A stretch of 64,000 nt of DNA from Neodothiora populina (GCF_041146345.1 NW_027191414.1:310001-374000), one strand, 5' to 3'. Shown: positions 37,509 through 50,873, numbered from the stretch's first letter. Notes: a model not told the origin generated them from the sequence alone. A program made the numbers and translations.

Positions 37509-40500
37509 TTAATCTTCTTCCTGGTATGCAAGCTTGCGCATCTCCCCCAACCTGTGACGGGCAGAGGAGAGAGCGTTCTCCAATTGCAGGATCTCGACTT
37601 GTTGTTCCATGTCTGTAAGTTTTATACGTTAGCATATTATCATTTCTAGATAGACATAACTGAACCAAAGAAGTATATAGAAAGGAGATGCTGGCAGACA
37701 AGGGAAAGCAAGACGTACGCGTCCTGTTGAACTCGTGTTTCGACAGCTTCGAATAATCAACATCGTCGTCCCCGTTGTTCTTGCTATCAATGATAGCCTG
37801 GACCTGCTTGACAAGACTCCTGCAAGCGAATGTGACAGCCTTGCTGGCCTCCTCCAGGCGTTCCTGTGTCTTGGACATGAAGCTGGCCTTGACTCTCGAC
37901 GCGGCGACCAACTGAGCAGTCGAAGCAGCAACATCGTTGGAAGCAACAATGAGCTGCTCAGGAGAGTTACGGCCCGAGATGACACCGTCTGCGGTCTCGA
38001 TGAGGACGTTGGTGCTGTTGGCCACTGCCTTGGCGGCCGAAATGAGACCTTCTGTCCAGCGGTTGTTCTTCTTGTAGAAAGCAGCCTTGGACATGGAGCT
38101 TCCTCTTCCTTCCTTGACAATCTCTTGCTGAGACACGGTAGCTGCCTTGATGAGTCGAGCGATGGCGCTGGTGACGGCGATGGCAGCTTGCAGGATACTG
38201 TCGTGGATCTTGAGTTCGTACGTAGAGTATGCATCTCTGGGCTTGTTGGCAAGCTTGTTGAGACGCTCTGCGGCGTCTTCGATGGCCTTCGCGGCATTCG
38301 TCATTTCGCGGTCGACCAGCTCGCCGAGATCGCCCGAGGCGCTTGTGATCTTGCTCTTGGGTGCAAAGGCATCTGCAATCTTGGAGAGGTGGTTCAGGTT
38401 GACCTGGACATCGTTGTTCTTGTTGATGACAACATCGGTCTTTTGTAGATCATCTAGGCCATCGAGGCGGAAAGACTGGATGCCGCGGAAGAAAGCCACG
38501 GTGCTCTCAGCGCTGCGGCGTGCAGCATTGATGAGCTGATCGGACTTCTTGTCGTCGGAAGCGAAGCGGGTCAGACCCTTGGTGTTCGAGAGGACGTCGG
38601 CGATGGCACCAGAAAACGTGTTGACTGTGCGAATGACCTCGGAGTGTGTCGCATTGGGACCATCCGCGATGAAGTTGTTGAAGGCAGTGGAGAACTCCAT
38701 TGCTGACGAAGCGCCCTTCTCGATGGTGGAAAGAACGTAAGCACCGGACGCGTTCTGGTTACCTGCTTGCATGGTAGAATCAAGCTCGTAGAGAGCGTCG
38801 TCGACACGCTGAACACCAGACTGCAGCACAGAGTCGATGATGTCGTTGATCTTCTTGAGATTGTCGAGCAAAACGACATCGATCTGCTCATCGAGAGCTT
38901 TGTCCGTGTCACCGGCGCCGTTGCGAAGATCGTTGAGCTCCATCAGAGTCTGATCGAGACCGGCTTGCATGATCTGGAGGTCTTCCTCCTTCTCACGCAA
39001 CAGGCGCTCAAGGTCCGAGTTGCCCTCGCCGAACTTGGACTGCGAATCCTCCAAAGCCCTGCTCTTGTGGCGTAGCGCTTCCTCGAGGTCGGAGATCTCT
39101 CTGTTGTACCTCGAGAGCATGGCAGACAGCTCGGATCCCTTTGCCTTTTCTGCATTCTCAGCCTTTTCGAGGGCGAAGCGCAGCTCGCGCTTGAGTTTCT
39201 CCACCTCGTCCTTGTGACCACCGGAAGTACGGTCCTTGTCATGCAGAGCGCGGTCTCTTTCTCTGATCATGTCGGCCAGCTCGAGGTTCTTGGTCTTGAG
39301 TTCTCTCTCCAGCTTGTCTCTCCTGTCAATGGCCTCTTGCGCAGAAGCGGCCTTGAGCTGGACACCCTTGAATTTCTGAAGCAGCTCGAGATGCTCGTGT
39401 CGCAATTGAGAGTAGAGCTTGGCGAGAGCCTCGTACTTTGATCTCCAGGTGTTGATCTGCTCCTGCAGAGCACGGATCTGCTCGTCCTTGGACGTGTTCT
39501 GCTGGGTGAAGTTGTGCGTCATCTGCTGCAGCTCATTCTCGAGAGCCTTCATTCTGGTGTCGTATTGTTGAAGCATAAGCTGGTCCTGCTCGTACTGTGC
39601 TCGTGCATTCAAGTTCTCGCGCTCCAACTCGGCCATCCTGCCTTGAGTCTGTTGCTGGTACTGGTCACGCATGAGTTGTTCCTGCGCCAACCTCGCTTGC
39701 TCAGCCTGTAGACGCTGCTGCTCCTCGAAGTCTCTCTGCGCCTGCATGGACTGCTGCTGCTGTAGTCTTTGCGCCTCCTCCCATTGCTGAGCCAGTCTCC
39801 TCTGTTCCGCCTCGTATTCCTCTTGCTGGCGTGCCTGCTCGTTCTTCCAGAACTCGTTGATTGGCTCCGGATCGGCGGATTCCCTTGGTGGCGGAGAGAC
39901 GGGCTTGGTGACCTCACCCTTCGGCCGCGCAGGCAATGCTGGTCGGTCGTCGTCGGAGGCGAGAAGGTTTGGAGGATCCTGCGGTAGTTTGGGAACAGTG
40001 ATGAGACTAGTGAGGTAGCGAAGGTTAGAGCACTCGTAGTAGAACTTGACCAGCCTGTAGTGTTGCGCATCGTATCTTCCACGTAGCGGCGCGAGGACCT
40101 CGTCGTCTCCGAGAGCCTGGTGCATGGCGCGCAACATGCTCGTGATGAACTTGTAGATTCCGTAGCTCTCCTGCACCAGCGGCATCAATGCAGAGATTCT
40201 GCACTCGTTGTTCTGTCCGCTCTTGAAGTTGGCAAAGATCATCTTCTGGAAAGTCTCGATCTGATCCTGGAGGTTCATCAGATCCGAGATGGTCTCGTAA
40301 CCCTCGTTCGGGTCATTGATCGACTTCAGACTGATGTATTCTTCATACTCGAAAGTTCCGTTGAACTCGGGGTGGTTACGGTGGAAGTTGAGCTTGGCGA
40401 CGAGGTAGTAGACGTAGTCGGAGATCAGCGGACCATAACCTCGCATGCCATCTCCACCCATGGACCCGCGCGACAGCGACTCCAGCCATCCGACATTGGC

Positions 40501-41018
40501 CTGCGCCTCCTTGAGCACAATGGGGTGGCCTTCTTGCAGGACCTTGTGCGTGGTGATGAGAGCCTTGAACGTTTGGACCTCGTCAGCCAGAATGGGTTGC
40601 CTGGGTTATCATTGATTCTCAGCCTGGACTTTCTTCCGTGTACAAACAGAGTGGCCTACACTTTCATGCCCGACCAGAAGGATTGTGACGACTTGTGGTC
40701 CCACGTGTAGACGATACACGCGCGGACATGCTTTCCTGTGCCGATTGTTCAGTCATGCTGTGATATCCCTGTGCATCGCATTGATTATGTTGAAGTGCAT
40801 ACGCTTGGGAGCTGTCTCGTCTGTTGCCTAGTGTCAGCATTCGCTACCGACTCAGCAAAACATGTCGATGCATCCTACCGATGCTCGTGGCCTTTCGGAT
40901 ATTTATCGTGAGCTCTGCCTCTTGCCTGGCATGTTTCGTTAATCACTGATCACCAAGTCCCGCATCAGAGCTGTACCCACTTGCTCATGTCCACATTGCG
41001 CGTCGAGTGAAGCGCCAT
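37509..41018 (-). CDS. SLA2: Sla2/End4 (ANTH + coiled coil + I/LWEQ talin-like domain); several small 5' exons
   Basis: MALHSTRNVDMSK, ETAPKR (18-nt micro-exon about 40803-40820), KHVRACIVYTWDHK, FKALITTHKVLQEGHP, FYKKNNRWTEGLISAAKAVA, ASTAQLVAASRVKA, last exon MEQQVEILQLE...AYQEED*. Confidence 0.96.
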
Positions 41019-41493
41019 CTTGCCGGCCTATTCGGGGGGAGGATGTCTACGGTGAAAAGAAACGATTATGTCGACTTGCAACCCGATCCAGTTACACAAG
41101 ATGGGAGAGTCCAGGCAGGAGCGAGCGTTGCCAGTGACAAAAGGAAACTCAGAGATTATCTGCGAGGGGAAAAAAGAGAGTAAAAGATTATCACTACTGC
41201 GTACAAAGGTACAGGTACTGTACGATACAGAGTGTAGAACAATGTAGGGTAAGATGGTAGAATAGGGTACAGTAAGGGCAAGGGTAGCGTAATCTGGAGA
41301 TGTCGTCGCTTTGGCAGCAGCAGCGCAGCTTCCACGTCGGCTCCTGCGGCTCAACGTCACTTCCGCCCTGGCCACGAGCCCGAAGGGCCCCCCTCCCTCC
41401 CTCTGGAGCCCAAAGTGCTATACATTGCACACACACACAGGCACATTTTGGACCCTTGCCTTTCGCGTCAAGACGCGCAAACATGGGGCTTAG

Positions 41494-41591
41494 TGTCCTG
41501 TGGTGATGATATACATGTGCTAGGCCAAGAAATCAGGCTCCTATTTAATCACGTCCAAGAGGCCCAAGTCTGGATGAACCTGATCAAGACA
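41494..41591 (+). ncRNA. Candidate C/D-box snoRNA
   Basis: C box GTGATGA 41503-41509, D box CTGA 41580-41583, terminal stem TGTCCTG/CAAGACA (6 of 7 bp). The 12-nt element GTCTGGATGAAC just before box D is complementary (one G-U) to the recalled LSU rRNA segment GUUCAUCUAGAC. No clear C'/D' boxes. Confidence 0.35.
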
Positions 41592-41928
41592 ATGGATTCA
41601 CGACCAGCTGAACAGTAGTCACATAGCACAGTTCATACACGACACCGACAGACAGTCATGAGCAGTAAATGAATGAGGAAGAGAGGCAGGCTAAGTTGGT
41701 ATCTTGTTTTCTTTCATAGAGCTACCGTAGTGCTCTTCTGGAGGCACTTTTTCGACTACAATTCGACCATATAATGACATGGCCCATGACCACATGAAGA
41801 ATCCCGCTCCCTCCTTGACGCCTTTTTTGAAGCCTCATCATGCACGGAAAACTTAATTTCGGCACTTTTGACACTTTTTCTCAACACTACCATGCAAGAC
41901 GACTTACCCTAAGTCTGGGCGAAAACGC

Positions 41929-42983
41929 TTACTGGCCAGCAAGGGCGTAAGCTCTGCGGCGGTCACGCTCCTCGGCAATGGAGAGCTATTGAACATGTTA
42001 GTCGTGTCCTGGTTCATGTCTCACTACCACAAAAGACGTACCTTGACACCCTTGCCCTTGGGGAGGGAGATCCAAGGCTTCTCACGGCCGATGACGAAAA
42101 CGTTGCTCTCACGGGTGGCGAACTCGTTGTCTATGGCGTCCTTGATGTGAACAATGTTGAAGCCTCCATCGTGACGCTCACGGTGGGTGATGACACCAAC
42201 ACGTCCCATGTTACGACCACCAGTGGCCATGGCGATGACACCGGTGTCGAAGCGGATGAAGTCGGAGATCTTGCCGGTGGAAAGGTCGATCTTGACGGTA
42301 TCGTTGACCTTGATGGCAGGGTCGGGGTAACGGATGCTAGAAGACAAAAACTCTCAGCACTTGTGCTCTCTCTTTGTGTGTATATCTTCAAAAACCATCT
42401 TTTTCCCCAAAACTTGATCCAACGGCTGATAGATGCAAAGTGTGGTACTCACGTGCGAGCATCATGCGTAACCAAGTATGGGATTCCGCCCTTGCCGAGC
42501 TGAACGCGCTTGACCTTTCCGAGCTTGTACTCGGCCTCCTCGCCAGTGATGCGGTGGACGGTGAAGCGGCCCTTGGTGTCGTAGACGAGACGGAAGTTCT
42601 CGCCGGTCTTCTCGATGCCGATGACGTCCATGAAGCCAGCAGGGTAGGTGGCGTCGGTGCGGACCTTGCCGTCGACCTTGATCAGGCGCTGCATGACAAT
42701 GGCCTTGGTCTCGCGTCCGTTGAGCGCATACTTGAGGCGGTTGCGGATGAAGACGATGAGGGGCATGCAGTCGCGGAGCTTGTGGGGACCGGGAGATGCC
42801 CTGGGGACTCGTGTTAGTGTCTTGTTTCATTCCTTCTCTCTCCCCATCGTTCTATACCGCAAAAAATAGGGAGCAGAAAATGGTGTGTATTTACTTGGGG
42901 GCGTAAGCTCCGGAGAGTTTGTCCAGGAGCCAGTGAGAAGGCGCCGAAAGACGGGCTTGGTGCTTCTTAGGTCCTCTTCCCAT
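41929..42983 (-). CDS. RPS4: 40S ribosomal protein S4 (eS4); 4 exons
   Basis: [75 protein letters not shown]; strong codon bias. Confidence 0.97.
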
Positions 42984-43816
42984 GATTGCGACTTTGTTTT
43001 AGGGCGACTCGGATGGGGGATGGGTTGTCGAGAATGGTCGTCGTGCGTCGTCGAGAGAAGGAGAAGAGACTCTTCTGAGGATTGGGCAAGGGAAGCAAAT
43101 TCGCATTCTCCAGTGCGCGCGGCTGCTCCCGTCGAATTTTGTCTTGGCTACTGGCTGCGGTATCTCGTTCTGATCCACAATAATCCCATCGGCCAGAATG
43201 GCCTTGGCGTGTCTGTGAGCCGAGACGCCAAGATTTTGCTCTTCGCTTACACTGTCATGGTAAAGGATACCTTAAGCCTACTTAAGGAGCTAAGGTAGGT
43301 AGGCAATCACATTACTCAATCGCAACAGGCTGATAGTAAGGTAGTACTCCACTGCCGCTATGGGCTACTACCATGATGCCTTGGAACAGTCGTCGTCCAT
43401 TGTATGCCAAGGTATGCTCTGGTCATGTTGTCGCGGTCCCAAGATGTATGGTCTCAGCTCACCGGATCTTCGCCCTGTTTCTTGGGCAAATACGAAAGTG
43501 AACAGAAACATAATGAAAGACAACTTCACGAACGACTCTCAAGGATTGACTCGACCTCTCTGGAACATGATTGTCACCAATGATCTCAATCTATATACTG
43601 CCTATCATATGACATGATAATAACATCAAATTGTGCTGCGCCCGCAAACCAATGTGCCCATCGTTGTGCCCATGCCAGTACTTGTCCCTGCTGCAAAGCT
43701 CTACAGAAAACAAAATAAAAGGATCAGATAGATCACTAAGTAATTCACGCATCGAAAAGGAAAAAGACGCTTTCAAATACCAATAAAAAGGCAATGAAAA
43801 GGAATGAGCATTACCA

Positions 43817-46549
43817 CTAATCCTCGTCGTCGTCGTTGATCATCCTCACTGTGCTAGCCCTCTTGCTCTTGACGCTCCGGGCCTTTGCGGCAGTGGAAGT
43901 GCTGTCCTGAGACGCACGCGAGCCCGGGCGACCGAGGAGTGCTTCGCCCGAGGCACCGCTGACGGTTCGAGCCTGGAAGCTCAATGTGCTCTGACGTAGA
44001 GAACCGCTAGCGGTGCTCAGGGTGGACTTGCGCTTCTCGCTGGCGCTTGACGAAGGAACCTGCGACGATTTGCGCTTGAGAGAGCCTGACATGCGGCTCA
44101 GAACGCTAGGCTTGTTGATCTTAGGTTCATCGCTGTCGTCCTTCTTCGATTTGCCCTTGCTGGATGATGCCAGGTTCTTTATCTTCTCCACCGCTCTGGC
44201 GCTTCGACTGGGGTACTTCGGACGCTGAATAGATATGTCGGTGTCGACGAGACCTTCACGCTGAAGGCGCTTGAGTTCTCTATCCTTCTCGGCCTCTTCT
44301 AATCTCTGGCGTTCCATGTCTTCGTCCACGTATGCCCAGCCCTTGGACATCTGAGGAACCTTGCGCTTCTTCACGAGCTCCTTGGGGATCTCGACAGGCC
44401 CAGCGGCCTCATCGAAGAGCTCACTAGCCTTGCGCTTGCTGCCGCCTGTGGCTGTGTTTTTGAGGCCCCAGGCCATGTCGAATGCTTCCTCCTTGGTCTG
44501 AGGTTTCTTCTGACCTGCAGGCTTAGGTCCCAAGATTTGGCGACAGTTTGCGGCGCCGCAAAGACATTTCTGGACATTGGTGGTAGAGTACGGGCTAGGC
44601 GCAAGTCAGCACTGAAGCTCGTTCATGTGAGTTCTGATCTATAAACTTACTCAAAGTTGTAGTCGTAGGTCAATTCCTCGCCTGTCATGACTCCATTCGG
44701 ACCGGCAAACAGAGCCATGCGCGGTTGACCAATGACGGTGCGCTTAACCATCTCGCAGTTCGGGTCGCAGGAGTGATTGACGAAGCGAGCCAAAGAACCT
44801 CTTGTGGCATCGAGGATCATGCCTTGATCGAATTCCATTTGATAGTAGTCCTGTGATTGAGATTAGCAATCGTTCGGTAGCATCACCATAGGAAGAGTCA
44901 CTTACGGTCTTGTCTGTGTATTCTTCCCTGACCCGTCTGTAGGCTTCATTGGTCGTGATGATCTCTCCAGTGTATTCAGTAATGATTTCGTGGGGCTGAA
45001 ATTCCCTGCATGCCCTGACTCCAAAACCTCTGTCGCTTGTTTTGATGACCTCGACTCCGGCGTTGTACAGGTAGGCGAGACTCTTCTTGTCGTACTTGTT
45101 AGCACGAGTCATACGTACGGAGAGTTCAGAGAAGCTGCGGTTGCCACAAGTGGATCCGACGTTACAATTGCCATTGTCGCACTCGTAGCCTAAAGCCTTG
45201 TTCCAGCAAGAATCATCGCATTCCGTCTCGCAGACACATCTCGAGCTCGGAAGGTTCTGCGTATCGTTCCATATGTCTCTGGATTCGCCGACGAAGCGGT
45301 TTTTGCTGATCTTGCCCCAATCTTTGGGCTTCTCAGTTCCGCGCTCTCGCCATTGAGGGGCAAAGATGCTGTAGGGTATCTTGAAGGGCCTCTCTCTGTC
45401 GAGGTAGCCGAACATGGGAAGCGGCATGACGGCTGTGCGAACGGTAGTGTCAGACGCCAGAGACTCCGAGTTCTGCTTTTTCGACTTCTTCGCCCCGGAT
45501 TTATAGTCGTCGTGTTGGCCGACGTATAAACCCTTGTTCTGATACTTCTTGACCGGCCTCGATCGAGGTTCGGAGGTCTTTGGTTTGGTAATGTTGAAGG
45601 TCGATGAAAGCGAGGGCATGCTGAAAGTAGAGGCAAGGCGGGCCATTTTGCTAGGTCGCTCCTGTACTTCTTCATCTTCGGCGTTGTCATGCTTAGATTC
45701 GACTCTGGCCAGGGATAATGCCGATATGCGACGACTTGATCTACGTCCCTCATCTTTGGCAGAAGCCGACTCGTCTCGGGTTCGTTTTCCGAGAATCTTG
45801 CTCGTGGCCTTTCCAACCGCGTCTGTGAGTCTATTTGCAGTACTCCTCCGACGCTTGACCCCAGCTGAAGGCTCAGCGTCGGCGGATGGAGTGGCCTCGG
45901 TATTGGCCTCGTTGTTCAGGTCACCGACTTCCCACTCCATGTCGAGTGACTTGACACCCTCATCGAGAAGTTTCCTCCTGGGCGTATCGGTAGCCTCTGC
46001 CGATGTGTCATTCACCAAAGTCTGACCGGAGAAGGAGCGAACCTCTTTACCCTTGAGGTTTTCTACAGAGGCATCGACCAGACTCGTGGTAGACGCGTTC
46101 GCCTTTCTCTTATTGTTCGTCAGACGATCGGATTGGCGACGCGCCTTCTCACTCTCTCGCGCCGCCTGCTTTGCCGCTCTCTCAGTATCTTTGTTGAGCT
46201 TCTTCTCTGCTCTCTCGGCCTCCTTGATGGCCTTCATCTTTTCCCTCAATGCCCTCTTCTTCACCTTGTCTTCTTCGGCGAGCTGCTTGAGCAGGACCCT
46301 CATGTTCTCCGTGACCATCGAGGGTGCGATACCCATACTTTCCTTTTCGGCGGCGGCCTCGTCAGAGACACTTTCCGCAGGTACACTTGTAGGAGGGGTC
46401 GAAGGGTGAGAATCAGAAGACAATTCCGAAGCGGAGCGTATCTTACGCGTCTCGCCGATAACTATATTGGAGAGAATGGAGTCGGAACTGTCAGAGGAAG
46501 CAGTGGAAGAAGCACGATGAAGAGAGAAGCTCGACATCTGCTTTGCCAT
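43817..46549 (-). CDS. ASH1: ASH1-like SET-domain histone methyltransferase (H3K36 class); 3 exons
   Basis: KKYQNKGLYVGQ, AWS-like Cys cluster, SET domain RGFGVRA...EYTGEII, ARFVNHSCDPNC, ELTYDYNF and post-SET CLCGAANCR. It lacks the WW/SRI domains of Set2. Confidence 0.85.
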
Positions 46550-46744
46550 CGCTCAGCCGTTCCTTCAACTAGACGAAGAGACGGTGTTGTTGTGATTGTG
46601 AGTAAGGCAGAGTAAGGTAAGGTAGTTCATGTAAAGTTGCGGGAAGGTGGAACTGGGGAAGACGCGAGGGAGCTGCACGCGTTGCCGAAATCGCGGGTTG
46701 TCTGCCGCGAATTGATCTCCTTTTGACCCTGAGTGGTTGCTTGC

Positions 46745-46786
46745 TTGATTGATTGATTGATTGATTGACTGATTGACTGATTGACT
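46745..46786. repeat. (TTGA/CTGA)n tetranucleotide microsatellite upstream of the SET gene
   Basis: ttgattgattgattgattgattgactgattgactgattgact read directly. Confidence 0.9.
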
Positions 46787-47289
46787 CTGTTTTACTCTCA
46801 CTTCCGAACACAAAGTCGACGATGCAACAAGGAAAATCAAAAGTATGCTAGTGGATCACAAGATATAAAGTGAACGTCCAGGGGGTCCCAAGTGAAAGAT
46901 GTTTGTTTGTCTGTTGACTGCAGACTGTGGGCTGCGCACTGCGGACCGTTGAGAGATGAGTTCGGGAGCACAGAAGGGTCAAAGGTTAATAATGTAGACG
47001 AAAATAATGATAAGCCCCTCGCCTTCCACATTCCTCCATGATGGCCGAGCAACCAAGAAATTTGTACGTAGGTACTGTTGTTACAAACGTGGGGCCTTCC
47101 GATCGTGCCCAGAAAGTATTATTAGTGTTGTACGACTCTGTCAGGTCCAACCTTGGGTATATACATCCATAAGAACTCCGACGCTCGGTATTGCTAGCAA
47201 AAACACAGCAAAACAAGATAAAGACTAGAATATTTACAAGAATCTTGCGCTCGCCAGGTTCTGCCCGGCTTTTGGACACACCAAGGCCA

Positions 47290-49357
47290 TCAAAGTTTCG
47301 GCGAGTCCCCTCTCGGAGTGCTATTGATGTTGTTCATAGGCCCTCGTCCCCGGGGACCCTGGAAGCCGCGTGAACTGCCACGGCTGCTGCCATTCATTTG
47401 CTTCATCTCCAGCCCCGACTCCTTCTCCGGCTGCTTCTCCGGCTTCTTGGTCTTGACTGTGTCGCCGATCCGTCTGTCCCCGCGCTCGTAATGCCCCTTG
47501 AACCTCATGTACGTAGGGGGTCGAGGCCGCGCGAGGATGGCCGCCCAGTTCTTCCGCACGGAGTGCAGACTGAAAGGTCGATGTCGGTCCTTTTCTTGAA
47601 ACTTGTGGCTGTTGAGATATTCTCTCGTCGTTTCTCCACGGCCAGTGAGGAAAAGGTGGTATATCAAGAGACTCGCAGGGTAGGGAATTATGATCAAGGA
47701 ATACACAAACATGGCGAACGGCACTCGCCACACGTTGACAGCGTGGCCAAAATTGCTGTGATGACGCACCATCCAGACCAGGATATGAGCCAGAGAGGCT
47801 GCCAGGAGATAGAAGCCCAGAATGGTCCCCGAGGCGACGAAGGTGAAGAAATAACGGTAGTTTCGTCGTCCGACACAATTATTGAGCCAGACGCAGTGAT
47901 GATCCTGGGTCTCAATACAGGCATCACACACTCGGCAGTGGTGTGCCCTCGGTGGACGCCAGATGTTACAAGATTTGCAGAACTTGATCGGCACTTCCAT
48001 TGCTGTCGTGTTGCCATCCGTGCATTGTGCAAAGGACCGCACAGTAACCCATTCGGTGGTAGGGGGTGCAATGGCGAGAGGATCGTCGTTAGAGACCGCT
48101 GAGAGAGCTGGGTGCAGATTGCGGGGGATGATCTACAATATTGGTAAGCACGGGATCGAGGTGACAGGAACATCGGGAGACCTACCCCAGGCTCAGTAAA
48201 GGAGGCGTGAAGGTATGAAGATAGGCAGATGTAGAAAATGTAGGCAAAGATGATGGGTATCGCCGGAGAGACATTGTGCCATAGCCATGGCGCACTAGAA
48301 ATGACAAGTCAGCAAGACACTCATCTCAAACGGTTGAAGACGCTCACGAGAAAACGAAGAACAGAACTGCAGGTAATATTGCCATGAAAGCTGTGAGAAG
48401 ATTAAGCGGACGTTGGCGCGCGTTGATCAATCGGCCGTGAAGGAAGAAAACAGCATTGCCATTGTAGTATTCGTGATTCCTTCCCAGATCCGGCCTGATA
48501 GCTTTGGGAGCCTTCTCTTCAGCAGCATAGCCTGCCGGTGAAGGTGGGGCGGATTCGAGCTTTGTGTGTCCGTCGCGGAACTCGTGTAAGCGGTTCCTGC
48601 TCTGTCGTCCCCATGAGGGCTGCAAAGACCGGGGCGATCGGGGAGACTTTTGCGCCTTGAGGGAGGAAGCAGATCTGGTTGGTAGACCCAGTTGAAGAGG
48701 GGCGGGCAATCCTGGAGTGTGCAACGGGGTGTGGCTTGCGACACTCTCAGCCGTGTCCATCCGATTGGCGTCGCCTTGCGTCTCGGTGATGCTTGCGCCA
48801 GTACCCCTGGATCTGGGCACGGGCGGAGCATCAGGGTCTACCAGTGGTCGCGGCTGACCTTCGACCGTGACTATGGATGCATTGCTGTTTCTGTGCTTGT
48901 GACTCCGTTGCCCACTCTGCGAACTGGGTCTCGCCATATCTAGCTGCTGAGCAGGGGGTGATAGAGGTCGACGATCGGATTCGCTCTGCTCTCGGGCTCT
49001 CTTGGAGCTGATCGGCCGCAGGAAAGCACTCGATATGATGTTGGGGACATGGGTTCTGCTGGTGGCGGTGGTGGGCGGAGATGGCTCGTAACTGCCGCGG
49101 CCTCGGGATACGGTGCGTCGCATGCCAGAGGAAGAAGTGATGACATTGCCACTGACACGTCGTGCCGGCGGTAGAGCAGCTTCGCCAACCGGACCCGTCA
49201 TCGAGGGTACTGTGGGAGAGGGCTCGCCATTGTCGGAGATGCTGGCGCCGGTCGGCCTGGAGGCATCGTCGTTGGAGATTGTCGCTCCGAGGAAGGTGAA
49301 CAAATCCTCTCCTCTACCTCCAGACCGGGAAGTAGCCGGGGGTTGTTCTTGGGTCAT
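47290..49357 (-). CDS. ERF2: DHHC palmitoyltransferase Erf2 (Ras acyltransferase); 3 exons
   Basis: LGRNHEYYNGNAVFFLHGRLINAR, TEPG|IIPRNLHP, KFCKSCNIWRPPRAHHCRVCDACIETQDHHCVWLNNCVGRRNYRYFF and GETTREYL. Confidence 0.93.
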
Positions 49358-49600
49358 CGCAGTATAGCGGATGCTATGATGACTTGGAAGTGGTCGTGGT
49401 GTATGTCTGGGCCGATGACGGTCGCTTACAAACCATGACTCTGTTCGGGTATTACTGTTTCATGCCCGCATCCATCACGACGACGGCGATTGTGCGAATA
49501 TGGAATTGGAAGGCAGAGTAGGTATGGTGGGCGACGTGGTTGGAAAGTCCGGATGATTTTGATAGAATAAGCTGGCGCAATTGTTTTTGTCGAGTATGCA

Positions 49601-49636
49601 CAGTAACAGTAACAGTAACAGTAACAGCAACAGCAA
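49601..49636. repeat. (CAGTAA)4(CAGCAA)2 hexamer repeat upstream of ERF2
   Basis: Read directly. Confidence 0.9.
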
Positions 49637-50500
49637 CAGTCGGGTACAGTAATTATGTCAAGATACAGTAGTTCCGGGAAATTGAAACGGCCAGAAGCAG
49701 GACCGTTTCTGGTGACTGACGCTACGAGGAGAATGGAAGAACGGCGGAAAAGCACCTTCGGACGGCCGTACTATAACCAGTATTATTACCTCCGTATAAA
49801 TAATGCTAGTACCTTAGGTAGCCTGCTAGTAAACTGGGACACTTCAGCCCGTTTGGCCCATCTCATGCCTCTTGCATGCGCCAAGTTGCACTATGCTTGC
49901 ACTATGCTCTCGCTAGCTCCGGCTGCTAATTTGCTTCTTATTTCCTCTCCGCGCCATCCTCTTGCGCCTTGCTCGGACTCCGCTCTGGCTCTCGGTGACA
50001 GATTGCTCATGTCCTCCCAATCGAGTACAATAACATGGAGGCGGCGCCCGTATGTACTGTGGTTTCTAAGATACGCCATCTCAGCTAGGCTGCCGTGCCA
50101 TGTCTGGACCTGATGTCTGGAACCATCGATTAGGGATCCCTCGACGCTTGGCAGGCAATGGCACTCCTAATATGATATGCTTTGCAGCTTCTCGACTGAT
50201 TGCTGACTGCTCATTGCCCATTCGATCGAGTCTCATATCAAAGCCTGGTCCCAGCGTTTCCTTCTCCTTGCCTGGCTTCAATGCTCGCGCTCAGTCTTTC
50301 TCTCATTTGCGCATCGCTCTCAAGGTCTCACTACATCATCGGATCTCACGTCCCTATAATTAGTATGGCTCATGCGCGAGGTGATGCTCGAAGTCCATGG
50401 TAGATCAATTCCCCTGCTGCAGTTCGTCATTGTATGCCACTTGACAACCGAGAGGGCTGCTCTCATCGAATGTATCTACCAGTAATTGGGTAAGGCGCCG

Positions 50501-50673
50501 CTTTGTTGCCAAGAACAATATCAAGCGCGAGATCTTTTACCTAGTAAGCCACCACTTTCTTTGTCCCATACCATCAACAACCGAATCTTTTGGTTGGGTG
50601 TAAGCTATCAAAGATATAATATCAAAGTCTGTGCGAGAGAATAGAACAATATCATGTTGAGAACAATACCATG
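50501..50673 (+). promoter_or_regulatory. Cluster of HMG-box-type binding motifs upstream of the putative pheromone gene
   Basis: AGAACAATA three times (50512, 50643, 50660; the last two as the repeat AGAACAATAyCATG), CTTTGTT 50501, TTTCTTTGT 50556 and TATCAAAG twice (50606, 50620). Confidence 0.6.
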
Positions 50674-50873
50674 ATCTCCTGGCTGGAGTCATATTTAGGC
50701 ATGCTTGATTTTCAGTTATTCTTTCCGTCTTCCAATTTCTCCAATCACAACTCAAACTTCCACTATCATATTTTTGTCCTTTACCAAGATACGTCTCTCT
50801 CAAAAGACAAACTATCAAGCTACTCACAAGTCAACCCTGCACCACTCCAAGATTGCAAGACTCCGTTAAACCA

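Noticed and set aside
37423..37720. ORF-track C-terminus of SLA2 (RTSCFPLSAS...FEGFV)
   Set aside because: Read-through of the last intron (GTACGT..CAG); the spliced end is MEQQVEILQLE...QEED* at 37509.
41570..41600. GAACCTGATC resembling the TPP riboswitch core (a similar ACCTGATCCTGGAT occurs near 21911)
   Set aside because: No upstream CTGAGA element, no GATAAT-CCAGCG continuation and no thiamine gene context.
50009..50113. Short ORF end ...LPCHVWT* near the pheromone candidate, considered as a second CaaX gene
   Set aside because: The Cys is five residues from the end, so it is not a CaaX box. No second copy was spotted elsewhere by eye.
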